DNA of 62,843 nt, counting the filler, from Rhabdomonas costata (Eukaryota): NCBI GenBank assembly GCA_019059605.1. It is 53 parts of 53 records of this genome, joined end to end, with 100 filler letters (N's around TTAATTAATTAA, not from the genome) between each part and the next. Parts side by side here need not be neighbours in the genome. Positions count along the whole stretch, not along the records: positions 49,887 to 50,974 come from JAHMHO010029267.1; positions 51,075 to 52,161 come from JAHMHO010029268.1; positions 52,262 to 53,348 come from JAHMHO010029269.1; positions 53,449 to 54,535 come from JAHMHO010029270.1; positions 54,636 to 55,722 come from JAHMHO010029271.1; positions 55,823 to 56,909 come from JAHMHO010029272.1; positions 57,010 to 58,095 come from JAHMHO010029273.1; positions 58,196 to 59,282 come from JAHMHO010029274.1; 45 more parts are not named here. One strand, written 5' to 3'. Both the position numbers and the translations under genes were made by a program. The notes beneath the pieces are model-generated. The model searched no databases, was not told the origin of the DNA, and saw only the letters and a program-made list of their open reading frames with translations. Positions 50,271 through 60,396 of the stretch are shown piece by piece. The stretch's first letter is position 1. The number at the start of each line of letters is the position of its first letter.

Positions 50271-50504
50271 CTGTTTCCACATCACGCCCTGCAGGAAGAT
50301 GGGCCACGACCAGAACAGCACGAAGTTGACGGTGAGGACGATCCCAATGATGTGGCTAAGCGTCCGGAAGGACGAGTAATTGCCCAGCTCCGGGTAGTGC
50401 TTCGGCAAGTAGGGGATGGAGTGCCGGCACAGGCCACCCACGACAATCGTGCCCAAGATCAGGAAGATGTAGGCGTAGTGCACGGTGACCCATAGTAGGT
50501 CCAT
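50271..50504 (-). CDS. First exon of multi-pass membrane protein
   Basis: MDLLWVTVHYAYIFLILGTIVVGGL...IIGIVLTVNFVLFWSWPIFLQG; two TM segments, GC3-rich, donor GTGCTG. Confidence 0.7.
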
Positions 50505-53182
50505 CTTGTTTGGGGTGGATATGGGTTTTGGGGAGTCGGGGTCACCTTGAGTGATGGTGTCCCCAGGACAAGCTCAAAAAGGAGGGGTGAAGGTAAGCGA
50601 AGATGGAGCAAAAGGGGGCACGTGTATATACTCGGAAGGAAAGAGCAGCAAGGCCTCAGCGAGGACGACAGCCCTCGGAGAAGGAAGAACACGAGAAGAC
50701 GAAGAACCACACAAGAAAAGCAGAAGAAACCAACGAACGGACGGACGGAGGGCTGAAACCTTTGCGGTTATGAGCACAAAGAAGAGCCCCTGAATCCAAA
50801 AAAGCAAGCGCGGCCGTAAAAACGAGATACACGAACAAGGAAGGTGCCCATCGTCGAGGGAAGGGGCTTGCTTTGCTGAATGCAATGCAGACACCAGCCC
50901 GAGGCCGGTATATGAAGACCTCCCCAATGCTAGGGATACACCGGGATTGCACAAGGAAATATTGCACACACCACNNNNNNNNNNNNNNNNNNNNNNNNNN
51001 NNNNNNNNNNNNNNNNNNTTAATTAATTAANNNNNNNNNNNNNNNNNNNNNNNNNNNNNNNNNNNNNNNNNNNNTGGTTGGAACTTGGCGCGCGGGGCGC
51101 GAAACCACGGCGCCAATGCCGTAATTGCATTTGGGCGGCCGCGCGTTTGAAAACGGTGAACCCTGGACCACCCTTTATCCGTTTGCGAAGCCGGACGCCC
51201 CCGCCATGAAAGCCCCGAACCAGACACTCCCGGCACGGTCCCCGCAAAAATCTAACCGCGGAGGCACCCGCCGGAAGACTTTTGTGATACAAAAATTATA
51301 CGGGGACGTCGGGTAGTGTGCCAACCGGTTTTGGCACGCTGGGAATGCGCGGAAGCGCGGAGGACTGAATCCCGCGGTTCTTCGTGTTTCGCCCGCCCGG
51401 CGCAGCCATCCCGGCCGCCGGTAGCAAAGCCCGGTTTGCGTGGGACCTGAAAACGGGTGGGGTTAACCAAAAGAGACGGAATGGGCAGGGGGAGCTGCTG
51501 GAAGAATGCGCCAGCGCAGTTTCAGAGGTTGTGGGAAAACGCGCCACCGTTTGCAGAGCATATGGTCCGGGACGTTTGTTCCAGACATCCTTTGTTGGGC
51601 CACTACTCTTCCGTGCTTCGGTGTGGGTGTGTTGTTCGGAATATAACCCTGGAATGCGAGGTGTTCGCCTGCAGCTGCGGGGGAGTTTTCGCATGTCCTC
51701 CGGGCGCAAACCGGGTGGAGGACATCCGCTTCCGATCTGGAGGTCGCTGGCATACATTACAACACATTAGATTAAATCAGGCAGGACAGCCCCATAGAGT
51801 TTCCGGTCCGCGGGCCATACGTTAGTTGAACGACGCGCCACCAAGTGAGTGAGCGAAGTACCAATCACACATGCAAATGCGACCCTCCGTTATTTGATTT
51901 CTTTCAGGAAAAACTGGGCACACTAAACTGCGCTGGACGGCCACGTAAAAGTACAATCCGCGCAAAAACTTCCAAAGCCATCGTGGCGTTTTCGTGGTGC
52001 GTCTGCCAGCTCAGACACGGGAGCACGGGACACGGCGAGCGGACCCACCAGGCGTCCACGAAAATTCCCGCTCAGGGTACTCCGGGTCCCGTTTCTGACT
52101 GCAAGGTGGTCTCAGACTTCACCCAGTCCAGGTACGCTGCATTTCCTTGGGCCACCCCCACNNNNNNNNNNNNNNNNNNNNNNNNNNNNNNNNNNNNNNN
52201 NNNNNTTAATTAATTAANNNNNNNNNNNNNNNNNNNNNNNNNNNNNNNNNNNNNNNNNNNNGTGGTGGGTGTGTGTGGGGGGGGGGGGTTACTCCGCACC
52301 CCTTTGTTGGTTTGGGCGGTTTCGGACCGTGGCAGCTGTTTGCGTTCCGTGGTGAATGTTTATGTGACGTTGCTTTGGTGGTGGGTGATTAGGTGAGTAT
52401 TTGTTTGGCTTTACAAACGTGTGCTGTGAAGGCCTTTGTGGTAGAGAGGTTCCCTCAATGGCCGGAGATCAGTTTGGAAAAGCGAGAAATTTGGAAATGT
52501 GAAGCACCGTCCTTCCCGATCTGCCGATTAGTGGGGGATGGCAAGCGTCGCTGAGTTTGTTCACAAACCTTTTAGCACAGCTGCAGCAGCTGCTGAGTGT
52601 GCGAAGTAACTGCTCTCTGTGAGATCACCTCTCTGTCATTCGGGTGGTCTCACTGTGTTTACTCTCTCTCTCTCGCTTACCTCTGTTTTTGTCACTATTG
52701 ATGTGTGGTTTCACACGCTGTAGCTAGACCTTTTTTTTGCGCTATCCCTGAGTTGTCTTCTGTTTGCATGCAGGATGGGGGAGGGGCAACCCTGGGAAAC
52801 GGAGGCTGGAGCGAATGGACGAACCACGCTCCCCTCTCCTGATACGTGTCGCTATGACGTTCGCAGCTATGAAAACTGCCGTGTACCCTGATAATGTCCC
52901 CTGCAAGAGGAGCCTGCTCCGTCGCTGAAGTAAACATATTTTACGTCTTGCTTTTTTTTAAAGAAAAAATCAAGACGAAATTAGTTGGAATCATCCAAAG
53001 CAGTCCTTCATAATAGCATGGAAACGCACCGCGAGACCAATTTTAGTTTCATACCTCACCACTTAACAGCGTTAAACCGTTCAGCAACCCCCCAAAACAA
53101 CATATATATGCGATATATATCGCACCGACGTTCGCGTATCAGTTCCTTGTTTGCAATCGCACGAATTTTTTGCCCGGGCTGC

Positions 53183-53342
53183 GGTTTTTCCAGTTAGTTT
53201 TCACGAGCGAAAGCTGACAAACCGATGATTCCTATTCTTTCCAGGTCTTCAGTCGAGAGAAGGATCTCCCGACTGAAGACCTGGAAAGAATAGGAATCAT
53301 CGGTTTGTCAGCTTTCGCTCGTGAAAACTAACTGGAAAAACC
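53183..53342. repeat. Contig-terminal fold-back inverted repeat
   Basis: 73-bp perfect arms 53183-53255 and 53270-53342 around a short imperfect hairpin, ending at the C/A tail. Confidence 0.88.
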
Positions 53343-53491
53343 ACAACCNNNNNNNNNNNNNNNNNNNNNNNNNNNNNNNNNNNNNNNNNNNNTTAATTAA
53401 TTAANNNNNNNNNNNNNNNNNNNNNNNNNNNNNNNNNNNNNNNNNNNNACATATCCACTCATGTTGAGGAGACAGGCACACGTTCTCACAC

Positions 53492-53616
53492 CGTCTCGAA
53501 GCACCGCGAGGCCTCCGCGGTGTTGCCCAGGAGGTGGTGTGCTCGGGCCAGCTCCAGCATCACAGCGGTGTTGCAGCCCACCTCGCCCAGCAGGTCAGTC
53601 CCCACCTGCAGCACCT
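53492..53616 (-). CDS. TPR-repeat exon
   Basis: NTAVMLELARAHHLLGNTAEASRCFET fits the TPR consensus; donor GTGTGA. Confidence 0.65.
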
Positions 53617-56020
53617 CTGTGCAGCACCCCCGATGAAAACTGCCCCCCTCCCTTTTTCTTTTTTCCAACTCAAACTGTCAATACTACACACAGGCACCTT
53701 GAGGATCCTACGGATTTTTTCTTTCGTCGAAAGCACGCACATCCAAATCATCACTTCTGCGAGGAGTGTGTCTTACACAGAAGCCAGAGAGGGGGAGGCG
53801 GAAGGGGAGGAGGAACTCGGCGTTTGCCGCACCATTTTTGATTTCATCTGGCGTCAACCCGGCAGCCTTCCACGTTTCAATTACAAGGGAGGTCCCGGGA
53901 GCAGTTCCACATAAGAGCGGAAACGTCCCGCGCATACCCACGGCCAATAGGGGAGAGCGAATGACAAGCAACGGGTGCAGAGACATTCCTGCAACTACGA
54001 CAAGGAAGGAAACAGTGGGCTGGAGAGAGTGCTTGGGCAGAAGCATGGGATGGGGCTACCAGGGCAATTCCCCGTGGTCTTCGCACGCTGCAGGTCAAGC
54101 CAATGCAGAATCCACTGAAGCCAAACGCACACAAACACAACACTCACCGAACCACATGCACTTCGTGCACTTGGCGGACACTCACGAACATACATGCACA
54201 AAAAATATACAAAAAAACAATTTAGCAATATACTTTGCTTCGTTTGCATGCGATGCGCAAATTTGGTGTGGACACAACACTTGCCGACATAAAAATCAAA
54301 CACTAAGAAATGAAAAAAACTTCATGCAACTGTATTTGCCATCCAAAACCCATTTCGTCCAGAGTTGGCACCACCCAGAGTTCCCCAAATAAACGCGTCC
54401 CTAGAGAGTTAGTGTTCCCCTCCCTTGACGCAACCTCCTGTTCTGGAGCGGGGTACATCCGCTTCAGGGCGGCGCAGGTCGTGGCGGGCTGGGAGCTCTG
54501 AAGCTCTACACAACCACACCAAACACACCCACCACNNNNNNNNNNNNNNNNNNNNNNNNNNNNNNNNNNNNNNNNNNNNTTAATTAATTAANNNNNNNNN
54601 NNNNNNNNNNNNNNNNNNNNNNNNNNNNNNNNNNNGGGGGTGAGGAAGGCCTAAAGAGTGAGGGGTTTGTTCGCCATCTGGGCAAAGAGAAAAGAGACCT
54701 CTGTAAATGGAGCTGGGCCTCCATCACCATCGGGCTTCCGAGGGGAGCCCAGGGGGTCCACCCCACCTACCACCCCGGCTGCGGCGGCTCTTAGCGCGGC
54801 GGCGTGTGGGGAGCCGCCACACAGCGGCCGGCCTGCGATTCGTGCAGAGGAAGAAGAATACAGGCACAAGGGCGCATTCTTCGAATTTCCACAAAAACAA
54901 CTGGGGAGCAAAAATGTGGGGAAGGGATGCCTGCAGCTCGAGCTTTTCAACACATTTTAAGCTTGGAATGCCGTAAGGGAAAACGCTGCTATGCAATTTC
55001 AGCAATCTGCGTTTTATGACGAAAGTTAATAATTCCGGATGAGCCGACAAAGTGAAGGAGGTGAAGGAAGAAGAACTTGAGAGGACAAAAATGGAAGTGA
55101 AGAACAGAAAAAAACAAGGGGCAGCAAGGGCGAGACTGTGAGTAGTACAAGTTCCCACTTTGGGGCGGTGATTGCGAGCAGTAGCAAGACGTTGAAAGAC
55201 GGTTGGGTGTGGGAAGGGCGACCTTACAGCGAACCGTCACACTTTGTTGCATTGCTTTCATGTGCAGATTTGTTTCACTGATGATGTCTCTTTTGTTCTA
55301 TTTTCTTGCCTCACGTGCTTGAGTGAGACGAAAAATCAACAAGGACATGTCATAAAGAAAGAACACGTTTGACAAATAAAAATGTTGGTTTAAACATACG
55401 AACATGCGCGATCTGAACATACGAACATGCGCGATCGCGCTTATTCTGATGATGTTTAAAATCAAAAAAAATCAAACAGTCTCATCATGAAATAACGTGG
55501 TTAGTTCAGGTGGTTAGAATTAACTATTAGTGCGAAAAACGAAAGGAAAATAACCGATACAAAAACGCTGAAACTTAAGAATGGCGAAGAGTGAGGGAGA
55601 GGGAGCTCACCAGCTATGATTGCTCCTCCGTTCGGTAGACCTGGTTCGGTAGACCCGGAGGAGGGCGGGTGAGGGATCAGCGCCGGGGCCACCGGTGGCC
55701 CCACCTGTCCCGCCCACACACCNNNNNNNNNNNNNNNNNNNNNNNNNNNNNNNNNNNNNNNNNNNNTTAATTAATTAANNNNNNNNNNNNNNNNNNNNNN
55801 NNNNNNNNNNNNNNNNNNNNNNAGTTTCACGAGCCTTTTTATGTCACTGTTTGGAAACGCACTGTTGTTTTGAATTTCGTAACTTTCGTGGTGTTGAAAA
55901 AATGGCCGAAACGGAGGGGGGGTTCAACTTCGTCCATATTTTCTCATTTGTTGTGAATTGGCGGGATTGGTCACGCGGGCAGGTATAACGGGACACTGTG
56001 TCCTCACCCGCTTCCTCAAG

Positions 56021-56651
56021 TGCCCCAGATCGACCTCGCGCCCACCCTTGCGGTGCTCCTTGGGGTGCCAATACCCTACTCCAACTTGGGCAAGGTCATC
56101 CCGGAAGTTCTTTTGTCGACAATCCCTTCCGGTGTGTGGCTCTTTTGTCATCACCACCCACCACCAAAAAAGTGCACTGGGTTTTTCACTGGCGTAAATG
56201 ACTTGACATGATTCAATGGGCTCGTCCTGCAAATATCGGATGACTCTCTTTTGAGGGAATTTGCGGAGCCGGAATTGCCACTAACCGAGGAATTGAAAGT
56301 GTCCACCGAAATGCATATCTTTTACCGATTCTCCTATGTAGTCTATGAGTCTCATTCTGCTCGAACGCAGGCATTTCGTCGTGGGAAGCGGCGCTTGCCC
56401 TGGCGAAGGCTGCCCAACTCAATGCTCTTCAGGTCCGGCGCTACATGACTCAAACGTTTGGCACCTCTGACCCCGTGAACGAGGCAGAGCCCAGGGCCAG
56501 GCTTTCGGAGCTCTGGTGGACCGCCGAGGCGATGGCCGCACAACTTTTTGAGAATCCCTTCGCTGTCCCAGAGACTGGGTGGCCTGAGGATCAGCAAGGA
56601 GTTCAGGAGCTCTTCGCGGTTTTCCAGGCCTACCACCGCTACATGGACGAG
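56021..56651 (+). CDS. PIGO: GPI ethanolamine-phosphate transferase (PIG-O/GPI13 type); exons 56021-56131 and 56371-56651
   Basis: PQIDLAPTLAVLLGVPIPYSNLGKVIPE...LNALQVRRYM; phase-1 GTGTGT...CAG intron. PIG-G is not excluded. Confidence 0.85.
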
Positions 56652-56776
56652 GTGGGTCCCCTTGTATATGCAATGTACCGGGTACCGGGCCTCTCCCTCT
56701 CGACTATTAAGGCAGCGATGGCAAACCTCCGTCTCAGGGGTCGCCGCTGTGTTCGCCAGCGCGGCGGACACGTTGA

Positions 56777-56904
56777 GGGGGTCCTGCGTTGCCAGTAACC
56801 TCGTCTACACCACACTTTCCCGTCGATTTCTGCAGCAACCACTTTCTGCAAAAATCGACGGGAAAGTGTGGTGTAGACGAGGTTACTGGCAACGCAGGAC
56901 CCCC
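56777..56904. repeat. Contig-terminal fold-back inverted repeat
   Basis: Arms of about 55-60 bp with one mismatch near the loop, ending at the C/A tail. Confidence 0.85.
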
Positions 56905-57298
56905 ACAACNNNNNNNNNNNNNNNNNNNNNNNNNNNNNNNNNNNNNNNNNNNNTTAATTAATTAANNNNNNNNNNNNNNNNNNNNNNNNNNNNNNNNNNN
57001 NNNNNNNNNCAAAGTCAGCACAGAATAGACGACTGCAATGTTCGGCATATATTGTCCGCGTCACCTCAAAAAGGCACAACTTCCAAAAGTGTGCACTAAA
57101 TCAGGCGTTTTCGGACTTAGAAGCTAAAACGGGTGGTGAAAAAACTGGTCTCCAGTGCATCTCGGTTGTCCTTATTCTTTCAAGCTGATTTTAACTTTCT
57201 ACGGTCACCTCTTACTTTTGATGTGACGCGGGCCATATTACAAAGAAGGAATGATGTTTTCATGTAGAAACATAATGTTTGAGATTTTGTGCATGCAG

Positions 57299-57800
57299 GT
57301 GTGGTCTCGACACGCAGCTGGGCATATGGAACATACATCATCAACCGCGCTGTCTGTTTTCCGGCCAGAAGGACTGGCATCAGAAGTTTTATTTTTGGAT
57401 TTTTGTAAAGCAATTCAGGGGAAAACCGTACTGTTCCCAATCTGAATCTCTACGCAGTATTTGAAAAACCTGGATAAGACAGTGAATTCAGTGAGCAGAT
57501 GTTCTCCGCGGACCATTTTTCTCTTTATCGCTCGGCTGCTGCGTAAACACTTGTAACACTACGCATGTAATCATCCGTGAGCTCCGCATACATGGTTACG
57601 TTGCAGAACTCCTCTGCACTCCTCATGTCATATGATGAAGCACTCCGCATGCATCAGAGGGCAATTGACTTGCTCTGAACAGGATTTGACTTCAATGCTG
57701 TCTCTGGAGCGTTACTGATGGCTCTCCGCAAGCAACCTCACACGCCACTGACGGCTGTGCACTTTGCGGCAACGGCTCGTAGTGGCATCTGTGGTCACAG
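57299..57800 (+). CDS. Possible WD40 protein exons (from 57299; 57683-57800)
   Basis: CGLDTQLGIWNI resembles a WD end; the second segment is bounded by CAG/GT. Exon structure is not resolved. Confidence 0.3.
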
Positions 57801-59779
57801 GTTGTGTAAATCCCATTGGGCTCGCTCGGCACTTGTACAGGACTGAGCCATTTTATTCACAATGTTGACATCCGCAGTCAAAAGTTGCCGCTGCGATACT
57901 GTCGCCTTCGACTGCAGCGGACGGCTTTGACGCTCAGAACGTCTAAAAACACTCGTTTTTCTGCGCTCCCTATAACAACAAAAACCACCCTCGCAAGATA
58001 ATCTACCAGAATGAAACGGTATTGAGCTGTGAGCAGTGTGATTTGCAGATGAAGCGTCAAAAGCCAAAAAAAACCAAATCTGTAACCCTCCCCCCNNNNN
58101 NNNNNNNNNNNNNNNNNNNNNNNNNNNNNNNNNNNNNNNTTAATTAATTAANNNNNNNNNNNNNNNNNNNNNNNNNNNNNNNNNNNNNNNNNNNNTGTGG
58201 TTGTTAAGCACCAGAAGCGCTGAAGTAGAGAAAGGCGCAAATCCAGGCACGAGCCTGCTGGTGAATGTCGGCTTGTTGGGCCAATGGATCGAATCCGCCC
58301 AGTCTCGTTTTGTGTTCTTCGCCATTCGGGCGGAGAGCTGCGCCCGAAGCTGCTCCAGGTAGGATGCCGAAGGAGTCAACACAACGACCACCCACCGCAG
58401 GTTCAGAATATGCACCGCTCGGGCTTGCACAATGAATTCCATAGAAGCGCCATCGTTCGTGGAAGTGACAGAGAGGGAAGCTGTAGCCCAAGGCATAGCC
58501 ACCGCGGACCAGCTGTCATGGCCTGCAGCAGCCACTGCGCGGTCTGGCTCACTGCCAACTCGGAGAAGTTCAGGACGTTCACCGGAGGCGTGGTCTGTCA
58601 CAGCGACAACCAACACACACGATGCTATGTCAGGTCGAACGGTATACCCGTACATTGTCAGAGAAATGAAATATGCATCCTGTCCGTAGAACTAGAAAAA
58701 GTCCAGACCCCGCAAACACAAAAATCTGACGTTTCGCACTTGCCCCTCCTAATCCGATCCGTTATTAATTCCTTGAGGTATTTGAGGCGTTTAGGGTTGG
58801 GGATACGGTTTTGGGCTGGGGTTGTGGTCACCTGCTAGCTTTTAAAAGTCACAAAACGTGTCTGCAGCGCTGGAAATCACCCTCACCTTCAAGCACATCA
58901 TACATCACGCATCAAACTGTAAAGAAACCCATTGTGGAACGATCGGTCGGACAGCATATCAAGGCATTGACCCTAACCGATAAAACCCTGCAGACCCTGT
59001 TCTAACATGGAAAAAGAAAGCTTTGTGTGGTCACACGCAGTGCCTGAATCGTCTCTAGAAACGCCAGCTGCAGATCAAACGTCGCTGAGGAGGCCCGTCT
59101 CTTCCGCAGCAGCCAACACTTTGAAGCGTGATCAACTGTTTTAATGAAAGCCCCCCCCCCAAAAAAAACTTTTTAAACCATAAAAAATCACGGTGAATCA
59201 AGGATGACGCTGGGTAGAGAATTTCAAGAATATTTTAGGCACGAAAATGTGTCGAATACAGCTTAGAGGTCACACAACACAANNNNNNNNNNNNNNNNNN
59301 NNNNNNNNNNNNNNNNNNNNNNNNNNTTAATTAATTAANNNNNNNNNNNNNNNNNNNNNNNNNNNNNNNNNNNNNNNNNNNNTTTCACCCCCCCCCCGAA
59401 AGTGTCTTGTTCTTTATTGCTTAGTGCGTAAGGGCTTAAGGACCATTGCTTACTCCAGCCCACAAAAGTAGTAGGGGAAGCAGTCGTCCGCACCGGGATG
59501 GCGGGAAGAGCCTCCTGTTCGATGGGGGCTTGTCAGCTGCGAAGATGCGAGTCGCGTCTTGCAAACGTTCTCCCTCCACCTTCACCGTCTTGCAAACCTT
59601 CACACTCTCACTCCATTAGTGAAAAAACAGCTCAACTCGATATAACTAGTTTACCATTACCGTTTTTGCCGCCTTCTCCTAGTGATTAAATGCGACTGTC
59701 ACTTCATCGGGTTCCTTAACTTTGCATGATGCATGATGAGTTCCAGAACAATGCCTTGGGACGGGGTGGGCTTCGCCAG

Positions 59780-60396
59780 GAGCTCCTGCTGATCCTTGAC
59801 GAGCATTGGAACAAACACCCCGAGCTGCAGCAGATCCCTGTGTACTACGCCTCTCAGCTGGCAAAGAAGTGTATGTCGGTGTACCAGACCTACATCAACA
59901 TGATGAATGAGCGGATCCGCAAGCAGTGCGTGTGCCCACCCGATCCCATTCTCCTAATGCTGTGCTCTCCATAGTCCCAGTACCAAATCAACCAACTGAC
60001 TGCAGCCATGCGATGCAACAATCGTGCGACCTCTTATTTGACGTCTCTTTCTTTTCTTTTGGGTCAATTGAGTCACGAATGTGCGTGAAGGGATTGTGTA
60101 CTTGGGAATGCAGGATGCAACGGCCCGTTCTGCTGCCGTCTAAATATTGATATTGTTTAATTGTGAAGGTAAAGCCGTTCGCCTTCAGCCACCCGCCCCG
60201 CCTCTCCCTGCTGTGCGCAAAGTGCAGCGAAGATTTCCAACTCCCACCCTCCGTCACCAGAAAGAGTATGTTTGCTGTTCTCCCCTTGCCCGCAGACACG
60301 CCTATGACAATCCCTTCAAGTTTAAGTGGATCAAGAACTTGGACAGCCTGGACAGCTTCGAGGATATCGGCCCGTCCGTTGTCCTGGCCTCCCCAG
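59780..60396 (+). CDS. CPSF3: CPSF73/Ysh1 beta-CASP endonuclease; exons 59780-59925 and 60296-60396
   Basis: [64 protein letters not shown]...[14 protein letters not shown]; intron CA|GTGCGT...CAG|A. Confidence 0.97.

Noticed and set aside
51075..52161. GC-rich, palindrome-rich contig as rRNA or structured ncRNA
   Set aside because: No conserved rRNA, snRNA or SL RNA motif was recognised; it cannot be supported without a covariance search.
53183..53342. Long perfect hairpins as MITEs, pre-miRNAs or hairpin telomeres (also 956, 9320, 22397, 56777)
   Set aside because: All sit at contig ends, terminate in primer-like tails and share no sequence; self-priming chimeras explain them better.
54890..55030. 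hAT transposase dimerisation-domain relic
   Set aside because: Similarity is vague, with multiple stops and no terminal repeats.
57607..57800. In-frame TGA readthrough or alternative genetic code
   Set aside because: An acceptor (gaaCAG at 57682) just after the TGA explains the downstream frame; no conserved gene here needs recoding.
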